Both the position numbers and the translations under genes were made by a program. A DNA stretch of 64,000 bases from Eubacteriales bacterium (GTDB taxonomy: Bacteria; Bacillota; Clostridia; Oscillospirales; SIG627), in NCBI GenBank assembly GCA_045536965.1, contig JAZSON010000012.1, positions 211,889 to 275,888 of the forward strand. The letters are read 5' to 3'. Under the pieces are notes generated by a model, which saw only the letters and a list, made by a program, of their open reading frames with translations, had not been told where the DNA came from and did no database searches. This document shows, piece after piece, positions 1 to 9,480 of the stretch. How positions within the stretch are numbered: the first letter of the stretch is position 1; every line of letters begins with the position of its first letter.

Positions 1-875
1 ACGTTACCACCACCGACAACCGCCACGTTACCACCCTTCATAATGGGGGTATCGGGATCATCCAGATAGGATTTCATCAGGTTGCTTCTGGTCAAAAATT
101 CATTGGCAGAATACACGCCGCTGAATGCTTCGCCGGGAATGCCCATAAAGTTGGGAAGTCCGGCGCCGGAGCCTACAAATACAGCTTCAAAACCCATTTC
201 AAACAGTTCATCGATGGTCAAGGTCTTGCCGATAACCACGTTGGTCTCGATTTTAACGCCGAGTTTTTCCAATGTTTCGACTTCTTTGGCAACAATCTTC
301 TTGGGAAGACGGAATTCGGGAATACCGTAAACAAGAACGCCGCCTGCGGTGTGAAGTGCTTCATATACAGTCACTTCGTAACCTTTCTTTGCCAAATCAC
401 CCGCGCAAGTAAGACCCGAGGGGCCCGAACCGACAATAGCAACTTTATGTCCGTTGCTTTCGGGACGTACGGGTTCTGCGGTGCAGAAAGTATTGTGCCA
501 ATCGGCAACAAAGCGTTCCAATCTGCCGATGCCGACAGATTCACCCTTGATGGCTCTTACACACTTGGATTCACACTGGGTTTCTTGGGGACAAACTCTG
601 CCGCAAACAGCGGGAAGAGAGGAGGATTTGCTAATGATCTGATAGGCGGCCTCGAAGTCACCCTCTTTGATCTTGGAAATAAAATCGGGAATATGAATCT
701 TAACGGGACATCCTTCAACACAAGGCATGGTCTTGCAGTTAAGACATCTGTTTGCTTCATCAATAGCCGCTTCCTCGGAATAACCGAGCGCTACTTCATC
801 AAAGTTGCGGGCTCTGATAGGCGCGTCTTGCGTGGGCATTTCGTTTCTTTTGAGGCTCATGTTTGCCTTTGCCAT
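1..875 (-). CDS. nfnB: NADPH-dependent oxidoreductase of the glutamate synthase small-subunit family (NfnB/GltD-like); C-terminal part lies beyond the left edge
   Basis: Own reverse-strand translation from ATG at 875 gives MAKANMSLKRNEMPTQDAPIRARNFDEV..CLNCKTMPCVEGCPV..CGRVCPQETQCESKC (two Fe-S Cys clusters), then KVAIVGSGPSGLTCAGDL (GxGxxG). Not in the ORF track because it runs off the window. There is a 1-nt gap to the stop of the upstream nfnA-like gene. Confidence 0.8.
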   Translation of the reverse strand, partial: MAKANMSLKRNEMPTQDAPIRARNFDEVALGYSEEAAIDEANRCLNCKTMPCVEGCPVKIHIPDFISKIKEGDFEAAYQIISKSSSLPAVCGRVCPQETQCESKCVRAIKGESVGIGRLERFVADWHNTFCTAEPVRPESNGHKVAIVGSGPSGLTCAGDLAKKGYEVTVYEALHTAGGVLVYGIPEFRLPKKIVAKEVETLEKLGVKIETNVVIGKTLTIDELFEMGFEAVFVGSGAGLPNFMGIPGEAFSGVYSANEFLTRSNLMKSYLDDPDTPIMKGGNVAVVGGGN

Positions 876-876
876 T

Positions 877-1731
877 TTACTGTACCTCCTTCTTGAAGAG
901 ATTGCAGGTCTCCTCGTGCTTATGGCGCTCAAATGCGCTGTACATTCTGCCACGCGACATTGCCTCGTCAAAGTCGACCTCGTATCCGTTGAAATCGGGG
1001 CCATCAACACAGGCAAACTTCGTAACCTTTTGACCATCCACGTTGAGCGTGAGACGGCAACCGCCGCACATGCCCGTACCGTCGATCATAATGGGGTTCA
1101 TGGATACGGTAACAGGAACGCCAAAGGGTTTGGCGGCGGCAACGACAAATTTCATCATGATCAGGGGACCGATGGTGATGATCATATCAAACTTTTCACC
1201 CGCTTCAAGCATTTCCTTGAGCGGCATGGTCACGTTTCCGTGTTCGCCGTAAGAACCATCGTCGGTCATAACGCGCAGGGTGTTGGAATAGGCTTTGAAC
1301 TCGTCCTCAAGGATGAGCAGGTCTTTGTTTCTGAAACCGATGATGCTGGTAACATCAGCACCCAAATTATGCAAAGCTTCTGCAATCGGCATAGCAATGG
1401 CACAACCGACACCGCCGCCGACGATACAGACTTTTTTCAACCCATCCAAATGGGTAGCAACGCCGAGAGGTCCGACAAAGTCCTGAATATAATCGCCCGC
1501 TTCCTTGTGAGAAAGCTTTTCGGTAGTCGATCCGACGATTTGGAAAATAATCTTCACGGTACCTTTTTCTTTATCGACACCCGCGACGGTCAAAGGAATT
1601 CTTTCGCCCTTTTCATCCACGCGAAGGATGATAAATTGACCGGGTTTGGCTTTGTTTGCCACGAGCGGCGCTTCGATCTGAAGCTGTACGACCGCGGGGT
1701 TAAGTACCAGTTTGTCTGCAATCTTATACAT
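877..1731 (-). CDS. nfnA: FAD/NAD-binding ferredoxin-NADP+ reductase-like subunit (NfnA; dihydroorotate dehydrogenase electron-transfer-subunit family)
   Basis: ORF track 877..1785. Motifs: PGQFIILRV, VGGGVGCAIAMPIA nucleotide-binding loop, and a C-terminal MCGGCRL..C Cys cluster. Start moved to ATG 1731 (MYKIADKL, GGAGA 7 nt upstream); the longer start at 1785 is not excluded. Confidence 0.8.
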   Translation of the reverse strand: MYKIADKLVLNPAVVQLQIEAPLVANKAKPGQFIILRVDEKGERIPLTVAGVDKEKGTVKIIFQIVGSTTEKLSHKEAGDYIQDFVGPLGVATHLDGLKKVCIVGGGVGCAIAMPIAEALHNLGADVTSIIGFRNKDLLILEDEFKAYSNTLRVMTDDGSYGEHGNVTMPLKEMLEAGEKFDMIITIGPLIMMKFVVAAAKPFGVPVTVSMNPIMIDGTGMCGGCRLTLNVDGQKVTKFACVDGPDFNGYEVDFDEAMSRGRMYSAFERHKHEETCNLFKKEVQ

Positions 1732-1963
1732 TTCCATATCTCCATTCGCAAAACAACGGCCACCAAGTTCGTCGGCAACCGTCATTAAAATTTTTTCACG
1801 TCAGCCGTTATGGGAAACCAACCTTGCCACGACTTTTCATTTTATTATAAGGTGAAAATAACATCAATGGAATAACCAAATTGATATACTGGCAATATCA
1901 CCAACGATATATACACGACAAAAAACCGCAAATATTATGCAGTTCACCCTCGCATCAAAATTC

Positions 1964-1990
1964 AAAGGAGATCCGGTGCGGATCTCCTTT
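1964..1990 (-). terminator. Stem-loop aaaggagatcc/ggatctccttt downstream of the SulP gene
   Basis: Perfect 11-bp inverted repeat with a 5-nt loop, 22 nt after the SulP stop, followed on the minus strand by TTTGAATTTT. Confidence 0.5.
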
Positions 1991-2011
1991 TCATTTTCGG
2001 GAAAGCAAATT

Positions 2012-3286
2012 TCAGACACCTTTTTTTGCGTTCAATTTAGCCAAGCCCTTTTTAAGGAAAACAATGGCGTAATGCACACAAAGACCCACGGCAATGGCTA
2101 CCACCAAATCAAACACCACGGTCAACACGAAGGTCAAGACAAGAACAAGGGTTTCATAAAGCGGCGCTTTTTTGCAAATAGCCACAAAATGACGCCATTC
2201 ACTCATATTATAGGCCACGATGAAAAGCACCGAGGCGATAACGGGCATGGGAATAAAAGCGGCGTAGGGCATAAGAACAACAAGTACAAGGAGCAAAACA
2301 ATGGCGTGGACAATACCTGCAACGGGAGAACGACCGCCGTTTTTCACATTGGCCGCCGTACGAGCAATGGCGCCCGTTGCGGGAATACCGCCAAACAATG
2401 CCGAGCAAATATTACCCGCGCCCTGCGCGATCAGCTCGGTGTTCGAATTGTGCTTGTCGCCAATCATTTTATCCGACACCACACAAGAAAGAAGGGATTC
2501 AATGGCTGCCAAAACAGCGATGGTAAAGGCGCTCGGTATCAGAGTAACAATCTTATCCATATCAAAGCCGGGAACGGAGAAGGGAGGCAACGATGCGCTG
2601 ATGCTGTAAAGATCCCCGATGGTATTGACACGGAGGGAAGCCAGCGCAACCAAAACAGTCAGCACAAACACAGCGACCAAAGAACCCGGAATTTTCTTAC
2701 TGATCTTTGGCCAGACGATCAAAATGGCAAGGGCCAAAAGACCCACACCAAGCGCCCAAGGATTTACGGTTGTAATCGATCCTGCAATGGCTTCGATTTT
2801 TTCGGTCGTTTCAACAGCAACGGTTCCTGCCGAAAAAGTCAGACCCAAGAAATCCTTAATCTGACCTACAACAATGGTGACGGCAATACCCGAAGTAAAA
2901 CCGACAGTGATGGTTTCGGGTATGTATTTTATCAGCGTACCCAAACGCAAAACACCCATAATGATGAGCATCAAACCCGCCATTACGGTTGCAATGGCAA
3001 GTCCCTCCACACCATGCTCGGCAACAATGCCCGCAACGATGGTCGCAAAGGCTGCGGTCGGTCCCGAAATGTTTACCCGACTGCCACCGAGCAACGCAAT
3101 TACAAAGCCCGCCGTAACCGCCGTATAAATACCTTTTTCGGGTGAAACCCCCGACGCGATGGCAAGCGCAATGGATAGCGGCAACGCGATAATGGCGACG
3201 ATGATACCCGCGATCAAATCAGAAGCAAACTGTTTTTTGGAATAGTTTTTAAAAACGTCCAAACTCTTGGGACAAAACACTTTCAT
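2012..3286 (-). CDS. SulP/SLC26-family inorganic anion permease, transmembrane core only (no STAS domain)
   Basis: ORF track, 424 aa. FASDLIAGIIVAIIALPLSIALAIASGV and GGSRVNISGPTAAF are typical of the SulP N-terminal core. The protein is hydrophobic throughout and ends shortly after the last TM segment. Confidence 0.8.
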   Translation of the reverse strand: MKVFCPKSLDVFKNYSKKQFASDLIAGIIVAIIALPLSIALAIASGVSPEKGIYTAVTAGFVIALLGGSRVNISGPTAAFATIVAGIVAEHGVEGLAIATVMAGLMLIIMGVLRLGTLIKYIPETITVGFTSGIAVTIVVGQIKDFLGLTFSAGTVAVETTEKIEAIAGSITTVNPWALGVGLLALAILIVWPKISKKIPGSLVAVFVLTVLVALASLRVNTIGDLYSISASLPPFSVPGFDMDKIVTLIPSAFTIAVLAAIESLLSCVVSDKMIGDKHNSNTELIAQGAGNICSALFGGIPATGAIARTAANVKNGGRSPVAGIVHAIVLLLVLVVLMPYAAFIPMPVIASVLFIVAYNMSEWRHFVAICKKAPLYETLVLVLTFVLTVVFDLVVAIAVGLCVHYAIVFLKKGLAKLNAKKGV

Positions 3287-3421
3287 ACTTCAACATTTTC
3301 CCTTCTTTTTTCTACGGAACACCATTTTACAACTTTTCACAAAAAGTGCAATAGTTTTTTATTGTTTTTTTAAAAAATATGTTCCGACCGCCGTGTTTGT
3401 TTCTTCGAACGCAAAATACCG

Positions 3422-3450
3422 TTGCACATTGTAAAAATGTATGATATTAT
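3422..3450 (+). promoter_or_regulatory. Sigma-70/SigA-type promoter candidate for the alpha-galactosidase gene
   Basis: TTGCAC, 17-nt spacer, TATTAT with a TGa extended -10 element; about 50 nt upstream of ATG 3503. Confidence 0.45.
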
Positions 3451-3502
3451 AATGGCATACAAAACCTCTGGGATCCCAATTGTTTAAAAGGAATAAAATA
3501 GT

Positions 3503-5572
3503 ATGGAAATTCTGTTTAAATCCCTTAGATTTATTGTGAGCGAAAGCGGCAGGCTTGCTCTTGCCGACCTATTCAATTTACACCACAAGGTCTGTGAAAA
3601 GAACGCGACAGGGTTCATCCTGCCCGTTTTTGATATTGCGGGCGGTACTTCGTCGGGCACAAACCGCATGAACCATAGCGCCGTTACCAACGACCTTGTG
3701 TATGAAAACCATACGATTGAAGGCAATGTTCTCACCGTAGTGCAAAAATCGGACATTGTGAAAATCACCTCGGTTTTCACCGCATACGACGATACCAACG
3801 CGATACGCGTTTCCCAAACGATTCAAAACATCTCCCGAGAGCCCCTTTGTCTTTCACTGTTTAACACCGTAGGTCTTCGCATTGGAAACCGTGTCGAAGA
3901 CGAGCATAAGGACTGGTATCTGCACCGCTTTACAAACGGCCGTTATACCGAATCCATGCCCGACGTACGCAGTTTTTACGATCTTGGTATGTATTGGAAA
4001 AATGGATTTTACCACATGAAAAACGTGGGCAATGTTTCCTCGCTTGAAAACGTCCCGCAGGGTATCATTGAAAACCGCAAGACCTCCGATTTCATCATGT
4101 ATCAGATCGAATCTTATTCGAGTTGGTATGTAGAGCTTGCCTCTCGCGATGGCATGTTCACCTTCCAAATCGGCGGCCCCAACGCCAACTATCATATGTG
4201 GAACAAGGTGTTAAACCCCAAGGGCGAATACACCGCAGTTCCCGTCACACTCGCCCACGGCAAATCGGTCAACGATGCCCTCGCCCAAATGACGCACTAT
4301 CGCCGCCACATCATCCCCCAAAGCGAGGCAGACAAAAACCTTCCCTCCATTTATAACGAATATATGCACTATTCGTGGGATGACCCCAACGCAAAACGGA
4401 CGCTGGAAACCGCCCCCGCCGTTGCAAAAGCAGGGTGTGTCTATTACGTCATAGACTGCGGTTGGCACAATTCGCGCGAATATGATACAACAGGGGAAAT
4501 GTATCAGCATTTCGGTACATGGAAAGAGGATCTCGGCCGTTTTCCAAACGGTATCAAGGCGGTGTCTGACTATGTACACTCGCTCGGAATGAAATTCGGT
4601 CTTTGGATCGCTCCCGAGGTCGTGGGACGAAAAAACAAAGAAATGCTTGCCTTTTACGACGACGATTGCTTCATGACGAGAAACGGCAAAAAGATCACCC
4701 ATGGCACGGGTTACTGTCTTGATTACCGCCATCCCAAGGTGCGTGCATACATGACCGAAACCATTGACAGAATGGTCAATGAGTACGGTTGTGATTACAT
4801 CAAATTCGATGGCTGTCCAAACCCCGGATTCGGAACCGAGCTCCGTTCGACCTCTCTCGGCGATGGACTGGAAGGATATATCGATGCTTTTACCGACTGG
4901 TCATACGAAATGACCCGTCGCCACCCCGAAGTGATTTTTGAGGATTGCGCAGGCGGCGGACTCCGAACCGACTATAAGGCGCTGTCGATCTTCCACCTGA
5001 TTTCGACCTCCGATCAGACCAACTATCTGCACTACCCTTACATCGCGGGCAATATTCTGTGTTCCGTACTTCCCGAACAAGCGGCGGTCTGGAGTTATCC
5101 CGTTGATTCAAACCTCTACCAAGAAGACAATGAAAAAGCCACCGATGCGCTCGTATCGAAAGAACGGGTGGTTATGAACATGATCAACTCCATGCTCGGC
5201 AGAATCCATCTGGCATCCCGCATACACATCCTCAGCGGCGAAAAACAGGCATTGATCAAAGAGGGCATCGAGCTTTACAATCAGATCACACCCGAAAAAA
5301 AGGCCTCGGTCCCCTACCTGCCGAAAGGCTATGCGATGTTTGGCGATTCTTTGGTTGCAACGGGCATCAAAACCGATAAAACCGTGTATCTCGCCGTTTG
5401 GAATTTAAACGGAGAACGTCATGTAAAACTTCCGCTTCCCGATATTACGGTAAAAGATGCAAAGGTCCTTTATCCCACAACCTTGCCCACAATCTTTGAT
5501 TTTGACAAAAGCTCCATCACAATCGACTTCACCGAGAACGTGCAGGCAAGATTTTTCCAAATCACACTATAA
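3503..5572 (+). CDS. GH36-family alpha-galactosidase
   Basis: ORF track, 689 aa. YVIDCGWH, the nucleophile-region motif CDYIKFDG and the acid/base-region motif FEDCAGGGLRTDY correspond to the GH36 KxD and (S/C)xGGGxR signatures. Confidence 0.75.
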   Translation: MEILFKSLRFIVSESGRLALADLFNLHHKVCEKNATGFILPVFDIAGGTSSGTNRMNHSAVTNDLVYENHTIEGNVLTVVQKSDIVKITSVFTAYDDTNAIRVSQTIQNISREPLCLSLFNTVGLRIGNRVEDEHKDWYLHRFTNGRYTESMPDVRSFYDLGMYWKNGFYHMKNVGNVSSLENVPQGIIENRKTSDFIMYQIESYSSWYVELASRDGMFTFQIGGPNANYHMWNKVLNPKGEYTAVPVTLAHGKSVNDALAQMTHYRRHIIPQSEADKNLPSIYNEYMHYSWDDPNAKRTLETAPAVAKAGCVYYVIDCGWHNSREYDTTGEMYQHFGTWKEDLGRFPNGIKAVSDYVHSLGMKFGLWIAPEVVGRKNKEMLAFYDDDCFMTRNGKKITHGTGYCLDYRHPKVRAYMTETIDRMVNEYGCDYIKFDGCPNPGFGTELRSTSLGDGLEGYIDAFTDWSYEMTRRHPEVIFEDCAGGGLRTDYKALSIFHLISTSDQTNYLHYPYIAGNILCSVLPEQAAVWSYPVDSNLYQEDNEKATDALVSKERVVMNMINSMLGRIHLASRIHILSGEKQALIKEGIELYNQITPEKKASVPYLPKGYAMFGDSLVATGIKTDKTVYLAVWNLNGERHVKLPLPDITVKDAKVLYPTTLPTIFDFDKSSITIDFTENVQARFFQITL

Positions 5573-5584
5573 AACCCATTTATC

Positions 5585-5616
5585 AAAAAAGAACGAGGTT
5601 TTCTTCGTTCTTTTTT
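5585..5616 (+). terminator. Rho-independent terminator after the alpha-galactosidase gene
   Basis: aaaaaagaacgagg / cttcgttctttttt stem with a T-run, 13 nt after the stop. Confidence 0.6.
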
Positions 5617-5694
5617 GATGGTCTGTAATATAAAAAATGGTATATAATTCCTCCGCCCGTCATACAATGTTGTAAAAAAATCGCGGAGGAAACC

Positions 5695-6216
5695 ATGAAC
5701 AAAACGCTCTGTTATTGGCAGCTCGCCGGCTTTACCGCGGTGTCTGTTTTGGGCACACTCCTTCATTTTTTATACGCCTTCACGGGCAGCCTCACGGCCG
5801 CGCTTGTTGCAAGCACAAACGAATCCACATGGGAACATATGAAATTACTCTTTTTTCCCATGCTCTTCTTTGCATGGTTTCAACATTTTTTTATCGGCGC
5901 AAACCATCCCGACTTTTGGTGTATAAAATGCAGGGGGATCCTGCTTGGCCTTTTGACAATCCCCGTACTGTTTTATACTTTGAGCGGAGTCTTCGGTACC
6001 CTTCCCGGGTGGATCAACATTAGCATTTTCTTTGTTTCTGCCGCGATCGGATTCATATACGAAACCTGTCTTTTTAATCAAAATGCCCCCTCGTGCAATG
6101 AATGCCTTTGTGTTTGTGTGCTTTGTCTTGTGGCTGCCGCTTTCTTCCTATTTACCTTTTGGCCGCCCCGCCTTCCTTTGTTTTTGGATCCTGTTACAAA
6201 AACGTACGGTCTTTGA
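5695..6216 (+). CDS. Small polytopic membrane protein, DUF6512-like
   Basis: ORF track, 173 aa with about 5 hydrophobic segments. NESTWEHMKLLFFPML resembles the conserved motif I recall for DUF6512. GGAGG RBS lies 5 nt upstream. Confidence 0.55.
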   Translation: MNKTLCYWQLAGFTAVSVLGTLLHFLYAFTGSLTAALVASTNESTWEHMKLLFFPMLFFAWFQHFFIGANHPDFWCIKCRGILLGLLTIPVLFYTLSGVFGTLPGWINISIFFVSAAIGFIYETCLFNQNAPSCNECLCVCVLCLVAAAFFLFTFWPPRLPLFLDPVTKTYGL

Positions 6217-6222
6217 TGCGTT

Positions 6223-8544
6223 TCATCCGCTCAAGGTTACCGACTCGCCGAGTGTGGCTTTGGCTATTTTATGTTCCGCCATATCAAAAAGGTTGCCGCC
6301 ATGCCCAAAAATATCCTTTTGCGCCGCTAAAAAATCGGCCTCTTCCATGGCAGTGGATTTAAAGGCGGTGTAGGCCGCCGTATAAAACAAAGGATGTGTA
6401 CCAGATACTTTCCCCGACAAAAACAACAAATCGTATCTGTCTTGCGGTTCCGGCAAAAGATGAATGTCCTCCGCCCATTTTCCGCCGTAGCAAACGCGAT
6501 GTTCTCCATTCTCCCACACATACCACACATCGGAGTTTCCACACGGATAGACTCTTAACACACTGCTTTTTAAAGGTATGTCTTGGGCATACCGATAGGT
6601 GGCTACCGCCGCTCCCGTATCAGACAAACGCAAAAGGAGCTCTTGTGCTCCCGCGCATTTTTCTTCGGGCACGAGCACCCGTTCGACAGGACAAACGGAA
6701 GCCAACGCCTCCACCCGCTTGACATCCGATTCACAAAGATCGGGCAGGACATAGACATATACCTTTTCAACGCCGTTTTGCATCAGCGTATTTTTGGTTT
6801 GTGACGAAAGAGTATTGCCGAGACAATCGCCCTCCAGTACAGTGAAAGTACCCTCTTCGCAGACGATCAATTTATCATCGGTGCGTACCGAGATTTTATA
6901 CATAACGGTATCACCGCTTGCGGTCAGTGTGTAAATGCCCCAAGAAAATAAAAAAACCCCGACAAACAATAGAGGAAGAAGCGGATAAAACCGCGTAAGC
7001 CTCGGTTGGAATATGCACACCGACAAAATCAAGATAAAAACCAAAATGACGATGGGCAAAAACGGATAATTGGTAAAAACGATCGCAAAATCCATGGACG
7101 CGAAGAAATGTACAAGTCCGCGAAATACAAAAAACAATCCTTCGATCAAATATCCGCATATTTCCGAAAGAAACGAAAAGACGGTGCCGACAGGAAGTAT
7201 AAAACCGATACAAAGACGGCAAACCAAATAGATCGCCGAGCAAATCAAAATCGGATTAAACAGGGGCACAAGCAACAGATTGGCAAGGGGAGAAATGAGA
7301 GACACTTCATTTGTCATAATCAGTATAATCGGCAGGGTAACAACGGTAGCCGTCAAGTTGATGATAAGCAGCTCCGCCGCACTGCGCAAAAGCCATTTAC
7401 CGCCCCATTTCAAATATGCGCTAAGACAAAACACCCTCGGACGAGAAACCGAAAACAACGAGTGAATCAAAAATCGGCTTATACAGCGTTCTCCGATGGT
7501 GAAAATCCCCAGAGTGGCTAAAAAAGAAAGCTGCAATCCCGTGTGGCAAATCGAAAAAGGATTCACAATACAAATACACGCCGTAGCAAACAGCAAAGAT
7601 GTCAATCCGTCACTCTGCCGCCGTACGGCAAGCGCGATATAAAACAGCATTGCCATAATACCTGCGCGGCATACCGACGGCGCAAAACCGGTAATCACCA
7701 TGTAGAACAAGGAAAAAAGAACCAACGCACCCGTGTTCGCAACGCGCGGAACACGCAGACGGAACAAGAGATGATATATGGACGATAAAAGCAAGGTAAG
7801 ATGCAACCCCGAAATGGAATAAATATGCGATACACCGATCACACGCATTTCTTCTTCCAGTACCTCATCCGCCGAGGAAGTATCTCCCAAAAGCAAGGCC
7901 TTTACTTCGTCGGCAGAGGAAATATCCAGATAACTCCCAAGAATCTCCTGAAATCCTTGTATCTTTGCCAAGAAGGGTAAATCGTCATTTTCTTGAAAAC
8001 GGCCATTTGTCATATTGGCTACAAGAGAGATGCCGCGAGAAAAAAGATAATTTTCAAAGTCAAAGCCGTAAAGAAGGTCCTTCGGTTTCTCTAAAAGCAC
8101 CTTCGCCGACACCCGCGCATAGATAGGCATATTGCGAAAAGCGGCTTGGTAGGTGGTCAGCCGTATATCACTTTCAATGGGCGTCCCGTCTATACGCACA
8201 TCGGTCAAAGTGATTACGGTTGTAAGTTTTGTATGGCTAACATCGCTCGCCACCCCTTCCACGCGCGCCTGCACGCCGTCGAACCGAGCGCTTTCACTCC
8301 GATATGTTTCAAATCGAGTAAAAGACAGAAAAGCAGCCAAGATCAATCCCGCAGCCAGTAATAAACACCCCGTCGCCAAAGGATTTAAGCGCTTTTTGAC
8401 TACAAACAGAAAAACCCCCGTTGCGGCGCAAAGAATCGCACACAAAAGGGGTATGGTAACACGCAATGATAAAACGGCACACAAAAGTAGTCCGAGCAAA
8501 AAGGCGGACAACATCCAAACGAGGGGACGATCGATTCTGTTCAT
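6223..8544 (-). CDS. comEC: DNA internalisation competence protein ComEC/Rec2 family with a degenerate C-terminal metallo-beta-lactamase-like region
   Basis: ORF track gives 850 aa, but its first 77 codons overlap the upstream amidase gene. Start moved to ATG 8544 (MNRIDRPLVWMLSAF), 7 nt after the amidase stop. Multi-TM competence domain with VSHIYSISGLHLTLL. The C-terminal 200 aa align in position to the MBL domain but lack the HxHxDH motif. Confidence 0.75.
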   Translation of the reverse strand: MNRIDRPLVWMLSAFLLGLLLCAVLSLRVTIPLLCAILCAATGVFLFVVKKRLNPLATGCLLLAAGLILAAFLSFTRFETYRSESARFDGVQARVEGVASDVSHTKLTTVITLTDVRIDGTPIESDIRLTTYQAAFRNMPIYARVSAKVLLEKPKDLLYGFDFENYLFSRGISLVANMTNGRFQENDDLPFLAKIQGFQEILGSYLDISSADEVKALLLGDTSSADEVLEEEMRVIGVSHIYSISGLHLTLLLSSIYHLLFRLRVPRVANTGALVLFSLFYMVITGFAPSVCRAGIMAMLFYIALAVRRQSDGLTSLLFATACICIVNPFSICHTGLQLSFLATLGIFTIGERCISRFLIHSLFSVSRPRVFCLSAYLKWGGKWLLRSAAELLIINLTATVVTLPIILIMTNEVSLISPLANLLLVPLFNPILICSAIYLVCRLCIGFILPVGTVFSFLSEICGYLIEGLFFVFRGLVHFFASMDFAIVFTNYPFLPIVILVFILILSVCIFQPRLTRFYPLLPLLFVGVFLFSWGIYTLTASGDTVMYKISVRTDDKLIVCEEGTFTVLEGDCLGNTLSSQTKNTLMQNGVEKVYVYVLPDLCESDVKRVEALASVCPVERVLVPEEKCAGAQELLLRLSDTGAAVATYRYAQDIPLKSSVLRVYPCGNSDVWYVWENGEHRVCYGGKWAEDIHLLPEPQDRYDLLFLSGKVSGTHPLFYTAAYTAFKSTAMEEADFLAAQKDIFGHGGNLFDMAEHKIAKATLGESVTLSG

Positions 8545-8551
8545 ACGGCCG

Positions 8552-9316
8552 TTAAGATGCGCTTGCGGCATAAGGGGGTGGCTCGGAGGACAGACCGATC
8601 TTGGTCCAATCAAAAAGCTCGCCAGGATCCGACTTGCGAGAGGCATAATCTTCATGACCAAGTATATGATGACGGTCTTTTTGTATGTCGTGTCGGCTGC
8701 AAATATCATCCACCAGCGCCGCCAAAGCCTCGTATTGCGCTTCGGTATAACCGATCCAAGAGGGATCCACCGCATCGTATTTTTCGGAAGAGAGCATGGT
8801 TCTCATGTCATCCTTTGATCCGATCGCCAGCATTTCAATGCCGACGGCGTACTGATTCATGCGGTCGGTATACCGCTCATCTTCCGCCCAACTGCCGCGA
8901 CCTGCATGCCAAGCCACATACCGCTCATTTACCATGCGATACACCGTGCCGTCTCGCGCAATGACATAATGGACAGAGGCGCCGCCGTTGAAAAAGTTTT
9001 CGTGAATATTGGAGATGGAAAAGGGATCATCGGGATGCATGACAACGGCGCTCATAAAATGAATCATCACATGACTGATGCTGTAAATACGCGGATAAGA
9101 GTTTTGTTCAACGGGAAGCAAAAGCGCATCGGTCACATTAACTTGCGGTTGATACACATCATAAACCTCGGCCTCTTCAACTGCTTGCACCGACATCGAA
9201 GAAGGCACCGCCGCCTCGTCGGGAGAAACAAAAAGGACATCAGAATCGGAACACCCACATAAAAAAAGAAGGCAGACCGATAAAAGCAAACCAAAAAGGC
9301 GTTTGTAAAAACCCAT
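8552..9316 (-). CDS. N-acetylmuramoyl-L-alanine amidase (Amidase_2/PGRP-type), probable lipoprotein
   Basis: HYVIARDGTVYRMV, WHAG, NQYAVGIEM and HILGHEDY..KSDPG match the AmpD/PGRP-type zinc amidase pattern. N-terminal signal ends in LFLCGC. Start set to ATG 9316 (GGAGG 8 nt upstream); the track start at 9322 is TTG. Confidence 0.8.
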   Translation of the reverse strand: MGFYKRLFGLLLSVCLLFLCGCSDSDVLFVSPDEAAVPSSMSVQAVEEAEVYDVYQPQVNVTDALLLPVEQNSYPRIYSISHVMIHFMSAVVMHPDDPFSISNIHENFFNGGASVHYVIARDGTVYRMVNERYVAWHAGRGSWAEDERYTDRMNQYAVGIEMLAIGSKDDMRTMLSSEKYDAVDPSWIGYTEAQYEALAALVDDICSRHDIQKDRHHILGHEDYASRKSDPGELFDWTKIGLSSEPPPYAASAS

Positions 9317-9349
9317 CGGCAAAACCTCCCCCTAAAACATACTGGCGAT

Positions 9350-9378
9350 ATTGTAACACCAACCATCCGCAAATGCAA
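9350..9378 (-). promoter_or_regulatory. Promoter candidate for the amidase-comEC transcription unit
   Basis: Minus strand reads TTGCAT, 17-nt spacer, TACAAT preceded by TGt (extended -10); about 30 nt upstream of the amidase start. Confidence 0.5.
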
Positions 9379-9480
9379 TGCCGACGCGGTGATTTTGGTG
9401 TTTTTTTATTTCCGCCGCCTCAATTTTGTCATTTTCATCAAATTTTGAGAAAAAATGTGTGGAATTTTGCCAAATAAATC

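Noticed and set aside
805-3145. Long plus-strand ORFs 805..1788 (327 aa) and 1937..3145 (402 aa).
   Set aside because: They lie exactly antisense to the well-supported nfnA-like and SulP genes. Their composition is low-complexity and His/Arg/Gly/Asn-rich, with no recognisable motifs. They are typical shadow ORFs.
8545-8775. N-terminal 77-codon extension of the comEC ORF given in the track (start 8775).
   Set aside because: The extension overlaps the 3' end of the amidase gene in another frame and has a non-protein-like sequence. ATG 8544 lies 7 nt after the amidase stop and begins the hydrophobic ComEC N-terminus.
9355-9408. Plus-strand terminator-like hairpin (acaccaa..ccgc / gcgg..ttggtgt) followed by T7, upstream of the arg promoter.
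   Set aside because: There is no plus-strand gene upstream to terminate. The same sequence on the minus strand forms a good TTGCAT-17-TGtTACAAT promoter for the amidase-comEC unit, which explains its conservation-like appearance. The stem is interrupted by an internal loop.
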